64,000 nucleotides of DNA from a virus (Duplodnaviria > Caudoviricetes): the IMG/VR virus record IMGVR_UViG_2846178487_000001, positions 4,978 through 68,977 of that record. One strand, written 5' to 3'. The position numbers and the translations under genes are program-made. A model generated the notes under the pieces. That model made no database searches and was not told where the DNA came from. It was given only the letters and a program-made list of their open reading frames with translations. Positions 19,654 through 27,642 of this stretch are shown here, piece after piece. Positions within the stretch are counted from its first letter, which is position 1. Each line of letters starts with the position of its first letter.

Positions 19654-20076
19654 ATGAAACCTTCTTCATTTGAGAACGCTATAAGACTTCAATTTGACTG
19701 TCTGGCTCGTAAGGTGATTGGCAGAACTGTAAAGAACTACAACAAAGAACTTGCCAGACGTGCAAAGCATGAAATATCTTTCTGTGAAATACCAGAGCTG
19801 GAATTAAACCAGTTGGGTGTATCGGACGAATACCCGATTGAATTTACTTCCTTTGATGTGTTCGGTACAGAAGTTCGTGTCTATGATGAGAAATTATGTG
19901 AAGCAATCAAAAAATTAAGCGAAAGACGACGTAATGTTATGTTGATGTTCTACTTTCTGGAATTACCAGACGCAGAAATCGCAGAGATTTTGGATATTTC
20001 CAGAAACTCTGTTTATAGAAACAGAATGTGTTCACTAAAGCTCATTAGAGATATGTACGAGGAGGAATTATTATAA
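19654..20076 (+). CDS. Sigma-70 region 4-type activator (Orf7-like)
   Basis: MKPSSFENAIRLQFD, LELPDAEIAEILDISRNSVYRNR; RBS aggagg. Confidence 0.88.
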   Translation: MKPSSFENAIRLQFDCLARKVIGRTVKNYNKELARRAKHEISFCEIPELELNQLGVSDEYPIEFTSFDVFGTEVRVYDEKLCEAIKKLSERRRNVMLMFYFLELPDAEIAEILDISRNSVYRNRMCSLKLIRDMYEEELL

Positions 20077-20077
20077 C

Positions 20078-20317
20078 ATGATGAAGTCTACAAAAAAGTG
20101 TCCTCTATTCTCCACAATCAGTTTAGCTACTGATGGTGACGAAGTGGCAATAGAGAAAATATTAAATCACTATGACGCTTATATATCAAAAGCAAGTTTA
20201 CGCCCGTTCTATGATGAACACGGAAATATGTATATTGTGGTCGATATGGAACTGAAAGGCAGAATCAGAGCTGCTCTTATTAAAGCAATTCTAGGTTTTG
20301 AAGTCAGAGTGAAATAA
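20078..20317 (+). CDS. Orf8-like HTH protein
   Basis: GDEVAIEKILNHYDAYISKAS. Confidence 0.85.
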   Translation: MMKSTKKCPLFSTISLATDGDEVAIEKILNHYDAYISKASLRPFYDEHGNMYIVVDMELKGRIRAALIKAILGFEVRVK

Positions 20318-20409
20318 GCGAATATATACGGAGTGTTCTACCACCTCATTCCAGCTCCGTTTTACAAGTGTTCTTTGAAAACTGAATAAAGTAATCAGAT
20401 ACGTTTGAT

Positions 20410-20612
20410 ATACGGTGAGCCGACGGACTGGAACGCCATGACCCACGAAAGGAGGGCTAGCGAAGCGAGCGACCACGCCAGTGATCCGTAAGCGACTGTT
20501 GGAAAAGTTGCTGCCATGACCCGTATATCAGAATAATGATACACCCGTATGACACGGTTCACCCATCAGAATGGGAATGGTGAAATTCCAGTGGAGCTTT
20601 CCAAAGCCATCT
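20410..20612 (+). other. Candidate structured cis RNA between orf8 and recombination genes
   Basis: No ORF on +; GCCATGACCC at 20435 and 20513; hairpins cccat-caga-atggg, tgg-tgaaatt-cca, gcttt-cc-aaagc. Confidence 0.4.
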
Positions 20613-20698
20613 GATTACTTCTTATTTATAGACAAATTCTTTCATAACGTACAAGCATTTTTGCATACTTTGTAAATATATTGTAGTGAGGTGGTTCA

Positions 20699-20842
20699 AT
20701 GGCAAATGACGCAAAGGTAGTTTGCAAGAATGTTTTTAAAAATTGTGATAAAGTGGCGTTTACAAAAGCATTTACTCTAAAATGGATAGAGTTGATAAAT
20801 CAATATGAAAAAAATAAAGGAAAGGCAACTCCTGCCAGATGA
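20699..20842 (+). CDS. 47-aa basic protein upstream of recombinase, candidate RDF (not in ORF track)
   Basis: MANDAKVVCKNVFKNCDKVAFTKAFTLKWIELINQYEKNKGKATPAR; RBS gaggtgg. Confidence 0.6.
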   Translation: MANDAKVVCKNVFKNCDKVAFTKAFTLKWIELINQYEKNKGKATPAR

Positions 20843-20923
20843 TAGACAAACTATCCTACAAGATGTTATAATAACATTATGTAGAGATAGTTTGTTTCGT
20901 CTTCTTTAAAAGGAGAACGAAGC

Positions 20924-22492
20924 ATGATAGAATCAAAATCAAGAGTTGCTATTTATTGCCGCTTATCAGAGGAAGATAGAAACAAACAATCAGAAACAGA
21001 CGACAGTAACAGTATTCAAAATCAAAAGTCAATGTTACTTCAATACTCATTAGAGCATGGTTGGGAAGTCTACAACATATACAGTGATGATGATTACACT
21101 GGTTCTGACAGACGACGACCAGAATTTAACAGGTTGTTGGAGGACGCAAAGAATCGCAAATTTGATATTGTCCTTTGTAAGACACAATCCAGATTTACCA
21201 GAGAACTAGAATTAGTGGAAAAATATATCCACGGTCTTTTTCCTATTTGGGGTATTCGCTTCATCAGTATTGTTGATAATGCAGATACAGCTAATAAGGG
21301 AAATAAGAAATCAAGACAGATTAACGGTCTGGTGAATGAGTGGTACTTGGAGGATATGTCAGAGAACATTAAAAGTGTTCTCACTGACAGAAGAAAGAAC
21401 GGACACCATATCGGTGCTTTTGCCCTGTATGGTTACAAAAAAGACCCTGACGTAAAAGGGCATTTGATTATTGATGAAGAAGCTGCGGAAGTTGTCAGAG
21501 AAGTTTTTACACTGTTTTCACAGGGATATGGAAAGACCGCCATTGCCCGTATGCTGAATGACAGAGGAATACCAAACCCTACGGAATACAAACGACTTCA
21601 TGGCTTGCGTTACAAGCAGCCTAAAACGAAAAACAGTACCCTATGGAAATATTTTGCCATATCAGATATGTTGGTGAATGAAATCTATATCGGGAATATG
21701 GTTCAAGGGAAATATGGCAGCGTTTCTTATAAGACAAAGCAAAACAAACCCAGACCAAAAGACGAGTGGTACAGAGTTGAGGGTACACATGAACCGATTA
21801 TTGACCGTGAGTTATGGGATAGGGTTCAAGCATTGGTAGCTCAAAAGGCAAAACCTTTCACGGTTGGCACAATCGGCTTATTTGCCAGAAAAGCTCGCTG
21901 TATGAATTGTGGTTATACAATGCGTTCATCAAAGAATCGTGGTAAGCATTATTTACAATGTTCTAACCGCCATGTAGCAAAGGACGCTTGTATAGGTTCT
22001 TTCATTTCAGTAGACAAATTGGAAAAAGCTGTGATTGACGAACTTAATAAGTTATCCGCAGAATATCTGGATAAAGATGAGCTTGAACAAAATGTGCAAT
22101 TCAATAATGACTTGCGAGGTCAAAAAGAAGCTCTGGAAACGGAGATTGCTGCTTATCAAAAAAAGATTGCGGAATACACAAAAGGAATCCGTGAACTATA
22201 TTTAGATAAGGTAAAGGGTATTCTTTCCGAACTTGATTACTTGGATTTATCTAAAGACTTCTCAACACAAAAAGAAAGGCTCGAAAAACTGGTAATTGAT
22301 ACGCAGAAACAGCTTGATGTTATTGAAAGAAAAATGCTGATTGGCGATAACAGACGACAGTTAATCGAGCAATATACAAATCTTGAACACTTAGACAGGG
22401 AAACGGTTGAAAAGCTGATTGATTATGTATTGGTCGGTAAGAAAGACCCTGTAACTAAGGAAGTACCTATTGAAATACATTGGAATTTCTAA
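20924..22492 (+). CDS. Large serine recombinase of the ICE
   Basis: AIYCRLS catalytic motif, SRFTR, recombinase domain, CMNCG...C zinc ribbon, coiled coil. Confidence 0.96.
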   Translation: MIESKSRVAIYCRLSEEDRNKQSETDDSNSIQNQKSMLLQYSLEHGWEVYNIYSDDDYTGSDRRRPEFNRLLEDAKNRKFDIVLCKTQSRFTRELELVEKYIHGLFPIWGIRFISIVDNADTANKGNKKSRQINGLVNEWYLEDMSENIKSVLTDRRKNGHHIGAFALYGYKKDPDVKGHLIIDEEAAEVVREVFTLFSQGYGKTAIARMLNDRGIPNPTEYKRLHGLRYKQPKTKNSTLWKYFAISDMLVNEIYIGNMVQGKYGSVSYKTKQNKPRPKDEWYRVEGTHEPIIDRELWDRVQALVAQKAKPFTVGTIGLFARKARCMNCGYTMRSSKNRGKHYLQCSNRHVAKDACIGSFISVDKLEKAVIDELNKLSAEYLDKDELEQNVQFNNDLRGQKEALETEIAAYQKKIAEYTKGIRELYLDKVKGILSELDYLDLSKDFSTQKERLEKLVIDTQKQLDVIERKMLIGDNRRQLIEQYTNLEHLDRETVEKLIDYVLVGKKDPVTKEVPIEIHWNF

Positions 22493-22547
22493 AGTTCTCA
22501 TATCTGGCAGCTAGTATGCCAGATTATCGGGAACTATCTTTTAAAAC

Positions 22548-22600
22548 CTCAATGTTGTCTTTACACAATCGTACCATCTGCTGCAAGGTCTTCATGTAGA
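22548..22600. other. ICE/cotJC attachment junction
   Basis: cotJC reading (minus) EDLAA then diverges to DGTIV-stop instead of EQKAR; crossover inferred at GA, 22577-22578. Confidence 0.75.
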
Positions 22601-22791
22601 TCTGTGATAGGATCACCTTTTGATTGAAATGTTGTTGCGCTCCACGGTGTGCCGCTGGCTGCCTGAGGCCAAAGTGCTAACGTGTGGTCAACATAATATT
22701 GGTCGAATCCAGATTCCTTTAATTGTTCAGGTGTCAGGTCGCGGGTAAGCTGGTGCACAATGGCGCAGATCATCTCGAGATGGGCAAGTTC
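22577..22791 (-). pseudogene. cotJC: Internal fragment of spore-coat manganese-catalase gene cotJC
   Basis: ELAHLEMICAIVHQLTRDLTPEQLKESGFDQYYVDH...SKGDPITDLHEDLAA matches the CotJC/Mn-catalase middle (recalled B. subtilis TEEFAHLEM...KGDPIADLYEDIAAEEKAR); both ends missing. Confidence 0.9.
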
Positions 22792-22815
22792 GTGAGTCCA
22801 AAAATGTTGTCGCTA
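22775..22815. other. Prophage/cotJC attachment junction
   Basis: Expected DIGTEELAH reads F-W-T-H-ELAH; homology lost within 22789-22800, ~30 bp from integrase stop. Confidence 0.7.
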
Positions 22816-22827
22816 ATAGAAAAGCCC

Positions 22828-24384
22828 CTAAATACGCGGGATTCGGGGCTTGAGATTTAATGTAAAAGTGGGATTGTCTTTATCTCCATATTTATTTCTT
22901 TTGGTTTTAGTATATTCCACGCTCTCTAAAAGCATCTTAAGAGCCTTATTCCGGTCTTGAGCAGATAATTCCCAATAGCAGGAGAGAAGCTCCTTACAGG
23001 AAGGAATAAAGTTCTCAACATTTGTTATTTTTTCTTTTTCATATTCCAGATCCTTTTTCAGAACTTCAATGTGTGCTTCGGATTCCTTGATACGTTTCTG
23101 CAGTTCATGAGAACGTTCCAGGAAGATTTCTGTCGTGTAGACTCCCTGTTCCAGCAGATCATACAAGTTTCCGTTTTGCTTCAATAACACATCATGATTG
23201 CTAATAGCGGAAGAGAGGAGTTGTTCTTTTTCCGGAACTTTGTTCTCAACTTCTAGTGTCGGATCCAACTGGTATCCGGCTACCCAGTCAGACAGCGCCT
23301 GTATGACCTCACGTTCCACCAAATCGAGTGCAGAGCCAATGGTGGGACAATTCCTGGTATTACACTTTAAAACGTCATATGGAGCACCTCCGGGTGTTTT
23401 AGAGGCTGGTCTTCGCATCATCTTCTTACCGCAGCAGGAGCAGACAACAATGCCGGCAAGCGGATTTTTGATTCCGTAGGATTCCGGGAGCTTGTGAGAG
23501 TTCTTTCCAAGATGTGTCTGAGCTTCCAGAAATACATCATGGTCAATTAATCGTGGCTGCAGTCCCGGAGCAGTGAAATCATAATCACTGTGGGGACGTA
23601 CTTTACTGACTGAGCCATTCTGGACCTGTTTCACAATTTTTCTTCGTCCAATACCAACTCTCTGGTCGTTGACAATGTTTCTTAGGATTCCCATGATACT
23701 ACATTCTGTCCAGGTGTCCCCATTCCTTGGCTTGACTCCCCGGTTATCCAGATATCTGCAGATGTTGGTGATGCCAATCCGATCAGGACCGGTGTAGAGC
23801 TGAAAGATAAGTTTGACGACCGGAGCTTCTTCTGGATCCGGTGCAAGTACCCAGCCACGGGCATGCTCCAACTTCACTCTCTGCCAACCGTAAGGTGCCT
23901 TATTGAATGGCCATTTACCTTCTTTGACAGCAGCAGTCACACCGGCACGCATTCGGCGTCGGATTGTCTTATATTCCCGCCGGCTCATGAAAAGTCCAAA
24001 CTCGAAATACTCTTCATCGAATTCATTGTTCGGATTGTATGTTTTGGCCGGAGTTACAATCTGGGTGCCGGAATACTGGAATGCCCGTTGAACAATTCCC
24101 TGATCAATGGTATCACCTCTGGCCAGACGTTCGACCTCCATGACAACAACACCTTTCCAGCGTCCGGCTTCCACTTCTGATAAGAGTCTTTGCATCTCCG
24201 GCCTTGCAGAAATAGACTCGCCGGAGACGACCTCACGGTAGATACCGCCAATAGATAAGTTCATGCGCTTGGCGAGGTCAAGTAAAATCTGTTCATGCCG
24301 TTCCAGGACATCAACGCCCATAGCTTCCAGTGAGGCATCACTTCGGGATTTCCGGAGATAGATAAGATATTCTTCGTATTGCAT
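22828..24384 (-). CDS. Large serine integrase of the prophage (518 aa from ATG 24384)
   Basis: YLIYLRKSRSD, ERLARGD, CSCCG...C zinc ribbon; RBS aaggaagg before MQYEE. Confidence 0.95.
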   Translation of the reverse strand: MQYEEYLIYLRKSRSDASLEAMGVDVLERHEQILLDLAKRMNLSIGGIYREVVSGESISARPEMQRLLSEVEAGRWKGVVVMEVERLARGDTIDQGIVQRAFQYSGTQIVTPAKTYNPNNEFDEEYFEFGLFMSRREYKTIRRRMRAGVTAAVKEGKWPFNKAPYGWQRVKLEHARGWVLAPDPEEAPVVKLIFQLYTGPDRIGITNICRYLDNRGVKPRNGDTWTECSIMGILRNIVNDQRVGIGRRKIVKQVQNGSVSKVRPHSDYDFTAPGLQPRLIDHDVFLEAQTHLGKNSHKLPESYGIKNPLAGIVVCSCCGKKMMRRPASKTPGGAPYDVLKCNTRNCPTIGSALDLVEREVIQALSDWVAGYQLDPTLEVENKVPEKEQLLSSAISNHDVLLKQNGNLYDLLEQGVYTTEIFLERSHELQKRIKESEAHIEVLKKDLEYEKEKITNVENFIPSCKELLSCYWELSAQDRNKALKMLLESVEYTKTKRNKYGDKDNPTFTLNLKPRIPRI

Positions 24385-24408
24385 ATGTATCACCTTCCTT
24401 AGTATATA

Positions 24409-24424
24409 TGCGCGACGTCGCACA
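24409..24424. promoter_or_regulatory. 16-bp palindrome upstream of integrase RBS
   Basis: TGTGCGACGTCGCGCA on minus strand; 14/16 identical to 63218-63233. Confidence 0.5.
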
Positions 24425-24470
24425 AAAATGGGTATAAAAATAACAGCCAAGCACAGAACAACAGTTCCGC

Positions 24471-24499
24471 TTGCAAGACTGCTCCGAAGATGATACAAT
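24471..24499 (+). promoter_or_regulatory. sigma-A promoter, antisense to integrase leader
   Basis: TTGCAA(24471)-17-TACAAT(24494). Confidence 0.65.
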
Positions 24500-24505
24500 A
24501 TGACT

Positions 24506-24578
24506 TGAACAATCAGATATAGTATATCTTCGGATATGCGAGCCACCCTGAGCCAACGGGGTGGCGATTTCTTTTTTT
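24506..24578 (+). ncRNA. Candidate ~70-nt antisense sRNA
   Basis: Promoter above plus terminator gccaccct/ggggtggc and T7 tract on + strand; no ORF. Confidence 0.5.
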
Positions 24579-25053
24579 ATTCAGCTTTTGTCAATTTTAC
24601 TTTCGTAGTTGTACCGGCCATAGAGACTTGATAGGAAAGTTCTTTATCTGCATCAGAGTATGAGAAGTCTTTTGTATCATCAGTTGATGCAAGCATAGCA
24701 TTATCAGTCTGCTCTTTATTTCTATCAGATGTCCAAGTGTAGTCAGCTGAGTACTCTGTTGGAGCGGTATAGGTTCCTACCCAGTAGATAGAAGTCGTGT
24801 CACCGTTATCAGATACCCAATTGACAGTAATTGTATCGTCGGCAATAACAGCCTCCATCCAGGAACCGTCATTATCTTCTGATTTCCATGTCCCAGCTAA
24901 ATCAACAGGTGCTTTTTCCTCTTCTTTTTTTGTTTCCTGTGTAGTTTCGTTTTGTTTGGAATCAGATTTATCAGATGAACTTCCGCCTCCACATGCAGAC
25001 AATGACAGCGCCATTGTTCCGGCAATTAATAATGCTACAATTCTTTTCTTCAT
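24577..25053 (-). CDS. Prophage lipoprotein (superinfection-exclusion position)
   Basis: MKKR + hydrophobic stretch + lipobox LSAC, Ser/Lys linker, beta-rich domain. Confidence 0.8.
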   Translation of the reverse strand: MKKRIVALLIAGTMALSLSACGGGSSSDKSDSKQNETTQETKKEEEKAPVDLAGTWKSEDNDGSWMEAVIADDTITVNWVSDNGDTTSIYWVGTYTAPTEYSADYTWTSDRNKEQTDNAMLASTDDTKDFSYSDADKELSYQVSMAGTTTKVKLTKAE

Positions 25054-25136
25054 AATTATTCCTTTCTTTCTTCATTTGTAATTTGAGAATAAGAAAATCT
25101 AAGTAAGTTTTATATATAAACGCCGAAGCGGTTATA

Positions 25137-25355
25137 TCAATCCTTATTATGCTCTTCATACTGACTCATTTCTTCATCATGAGCCAATTGAGCATTACAC
25201 TCAATCATGAACTGATTCAACACATCTTTCTTAAGCGGTGTTTCAGATACTATGTGTCCACATTTGTTGCAAAAGGTATAGGTAGTATCGATTTTATGCC
25301 CACAGTTGGTGCAATAAATAGTCTTTTTATATTTGTTTAATATGTATGATGCCAT
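25137..25355 (-). CDS. Zinc-ribbon protein
   Basis: YCTNCG...FCNKCG; co-oriented with cI. Confidence 0.6.
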   Translation of the reverse strand: MASYILNKYKKTIYCTNCGHKIDTTYTFCNKCGHIVSETPLKKDVLNQFMIECNAQLAHDEEMSQYEEHNKD

Positions 25356-25389
25356 ATAATTTCCTCGAATATTGTGTGATTATATCCGT

Positions 25390-26016
25390 TTAAAATTTCC
25401 GTCTCAACTCTACAACTTTTCCAATAATCTTCACCGGCTTTTCTTCAATTTCTTCCTGACTAAAATACATTGGTTCATAATTAGGATTCAATGAGATAAG
25501 AGCAATACTGTCTGCATATTTCTTTAATCTTTTACATACCCCATCATTACCATTCACAAGAGCAATTACAATTTCATCTGATTCCGCATCGTTCTGTCTT
25601 TTTACAATCACAGTATCTCCATTATGAATATCAGGCTCCATAGAATCACCGCTGATTCGAAGTCCGAAGAACTCACCGGTCCGTGCCAGTTCCTCGGGAA
25701 TCTCTTCTTCGTCGATAACATCTTCAATTGCCTCCAGCGGAATGCCTGCAGCAACTCGACCATATATTTTAATTTTGATACCTTCAGATAAACTTGATTG
25801 ATCAACTGAAGTTCCATCAAGTCCCATTAATATACCAGGAGCGGTATTTAAAACTTTTGCAAATGCAATAATTTTAGATTGAGGAAGATCTATGACGCCT
25901 TTCTCGATTTTAGCAATCATACTTTTATCGGCATAACCCATTTTAGAAGCCAAATCGGATTGAGTCATATTTAATTCAATTCTTCTTGATTTTATATTTT
26001 TATACAGTTGTAACAT
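25390..26016 (-). CDS. cI: CI-like repressor (XRE HTH + S24 autopeptidase)
   Basis: HTH, GRVAAG Ala-Gly cleavage site, GDSM, CKRL. Confidence 0.93.
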   Translation of the reverse strand: MLQLYKNIKSRRIELNMTQSDLASKMGYADKSMIAKIEKGVIDLPQSKIIAFAKVLNTAPGILMGLDGTSVDQSSLSEGIKIKIYGRVAAGIPLEAIEDVIDEEEIPEELARTGEFFGLRISGDSMEPDIHNGDTVIVKRQNDAESDEIVIALVNGNDGVCKRLKKYADSIALISLNPNYEPMYFSQEEIEEKPVKIIGKVVELRRKF

Positions 26017-26040
26017 TCATTCACCTCATTTCATAATCCT

Positions 26041-26140
26041 ACAATAGCATATGATTGAAAATAATTCAACATTTTTGTGCAAATAGGTTGACAGAAATGC
26101 AACAGAGTGATATAAAAGAGATAGTTGAATTAAATGCAAC
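26041..26140. promoter_or_regulatory. Divergent cI/cro promoters with three 17-bp operators
   Basis: Minus: TTGAAT-17-TATTGT (26069-26041); plus: TTGACA(26088)-17-TATAAA(26111); operators at 26054, 26087, 26124 (GTTGA-N4-AAT-GCAAC consensus). Confidence 0.8.
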
Positions 26141-26158
26141 TAGAAAGGAGTGGATAAA

Positions 26159-26362
26159 ATGCCGGATATAAAGATGCTAAAGGATAAAATAACAGATAGT
26201 GGAATGACAGTAAAAGCAGTTGCTGAAAAATCAGGTATTTTGAGAGAAACATTATACAATCGACTTAAGGGAGTGGGCGAATTCACGGCTTCGGAAATAG
26301 TATCGTTGTCAAATGTTTTGAATTTATCTCAAACAGAACGAGATGATATTTTTTTTAAATAA
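26159..26362 (+). CDS. cro: Cro-like repressor
   Basis: GMTVKAVAEKSGILRETLYNRL, EFTASEI; RBS aaaggag. Confidence 0.88.
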   Translation: MPDIKMLKDKITDSGMTVKAVAEKSGILRETLYNRLKGVGEFTASEIVSLSNVLNLSQTERDDIFFK

Positions 26363-26364
26363 AA

Positions 26365-26381
26365 GTTGAATGTAATGCAAC
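26365..26381. promoter_or_regulatory. Fourth operator downstream of cro
   Basis: GTTGAATGTAATGCAAC. Confidence 0.7.
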
Positions 26382-26408
26382 TAAAATAGAGAAAGAGAGG
26401 TGAAAGAG

Positions 26409-26600
26409 ATGAATGAAGTTGGAAGAACAGTGTATACCATTAGCGGGACGACACTTGAAAACGATAAAAGAAAAACGGCCGCAAAAGAGGCATTAGCGGC
26501 CATAAAAAATGAGTTACCAGAAAACTGTTTTACTTGCGAAATCATAAAAGATATTTTGGAGCTTGCGAAGGATATCGCATACACAACTACATTACATTAA
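26409..26600 (+). CDS. Hypothetical early protein
   Basis: ATG after gagaggtg RBS. Confidence 0.6.
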   Translation: MNEVGRTVYTISGTTLENDKRKTAAKEALAAIKNELPENCFTCEIIKDILELAKDIAYTTTLH

Positions 26601-27125
26601 AATGTCAGAGATATCCTGCAAAGTTTTTGCTATTACTTGTTGAGCATTTTCCTGGTTTACAGTTGGACGGATAGCGGCATGATCAGCATATGAATTCAGA
26701 TTAATTTCTATATGCTCTTTATAGAGCTTTCCAGATGCTTCATATGTTATGTCAAATATAAGAAAATCATATTTCTTACATAATTTATATGCCTCATCGA
26801 TTGCCGAAAGAATTCGTTCACCAGGATGGAGATAAGTGCCAGCAGCATGAGAAAATGGCAAATGAAAATCGTCATCAAAGCATATACGAAAATCCACGTT
26901 GGTTTCAAGTGAAATAATCTTGGCAGTGGAATTTCCGAAGTTTTTTAGTATCAAATAGTCGAGACTAAATAGCGGGTGAAAAGAGATAGAAATATACGGT
27001 CTGGTGGAATTTTCAATCATTTTTGAGTTTTGACGGAGTGTTATAACGACAGTTATGATAGAAATTACTGCCAAAATGAATGAGAGAATGCAAAGAATAG
27101 TATTAATTAAAGTTGGTAAATCCAT
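26592..27125 (-). CDS. Counter-oriented accessory protein with N-terminal TM helix
   Basis: ILCILSFILAVISIITVVITL; own promoter TTGCAT-17-TATACT (27203-27175); RBS aaaggag. Confidence 0.75.
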   Translation of the reverse strand: MDLPTLINTILCILSFILAVISIITVVITLRQNSKMIENSTRPYISISFHPLFSLDYLILKNFGNSTAKIISLETNVDFRICFDDDFHLPFSHAAGTYLHPGERILSAIDEAYKLCKKYDFLIFDITYEASGKLYKEHIEINLNSYADHAAIRPTVNQENAQQVIAKTLQDISDILM

Positions 27126-27213
27126 AAAACGCGCTCCTTTCATAAATACTCGGCATGGCAGTGCCTGTATCTAAAGTATAGGAGAGATTGAGGAAAGATG
27201 CAATAGAAGAGAG

Positions 27214-27414
27214 GTGGACGAAATGAAGCGGTTATGTCCAGTATGTTTTGCGGAATTACCCGCACAAGCAAATTACTGTCCGATATGCGGAAAATGCATG
27301 AGAGATACCGTGGAGCAGATTAGTCAGTATATAGGAGAAGCACCGATAACAACAGTAGTTAAAATAAAGGATTGTGCGATTCGCATTGGCATGAAGAAAC
27401 AGGAAGGTGAGTAG
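27214..27414 (+). CDS. Zinc-ribbon early protein
   Basis: LCPVC...NYCPICG. Confidence 0.7.
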   Translation: MDEMKRLCPVCFAELPAQANYCPICGKCMRDTVEQISQYIGEAPITTVVKIKDCAIRIGMKKQEGE

Positions 27415-27642
27415 ATGAAACTGAGAAAGATAATTGGCTGGATACTTGTTTTTACACCAGTAGTTCTTACGACTGTTGGGTTACGTTGTTTACCAACAGA
27501 AATTAGTGTCAGATTAATGCAGATATTGGCAGTGTTTGGTTTGATAAGTGTTAATTTTACAGGAACATGCCTTGTGTCAAATGAGTTACCGATAAAAATA
27601 ATTATTGAAAAAGGTGATAGTGATGTGGGAGGGAGTAGATGA
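27415..27642 (+). CDS. Small two-TM hypothetical protein
   Basis: Two hydrophobic segments; abuts previous stop. Confidence 0.6.
   Translation: MKLRKIIGWILVFTPVVLTTVGLRCLPTEISVRLMQILAVFGLISVNFTGTCLVSNELPIKIIIEKGDSDVGGSR

Larger units (their letters stand above)
1..22578 (+). mobile_element. Tn916-family ICE with large serine recombinase, right part (left end outside window)
   Basis: Gene order orf23-22-21-oriT-20-19-ardA-17-16-15-14-13, cargo, KTR, XRE, sigma-like, HTH, serine recombinase; ends where cotJC homology begins. Confidence 0.95.

Noticed and set aside
20415-20423. Single GTGAGCCG/GAGCC hits (also 28674, 47095) as Zn-ribbon sites
   Set aside because: Not tandem and not at a hairpin base; such short matches are expected by chance
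20560-20612. Group II intron remnant
   Set aside because: Only a GGTGAAATTCC-like stem; no domain V, no RT ORF, no interrupted gene
22561-22773. Stand-alone 70-aa gene from the ORF track
   Set aside because: Internal cotJC fragment; its stop comes from ICE att sequence and homology extends upstream of the Met
22551-22811. 9-bp direct repeat AATGTTGTC (22551, 22803) as target-site duplication around the cotJC piece
   Set aside because: cotJC homology ends 12-17 bp inside each repeat and no transposase is present; more likely recombinase-site sequence or chance
24385-24546. N-terminal extension of phage integrase in ORF track
   Set aside because: RBS sits before ATG 24384; the extension covers regulatory sequence
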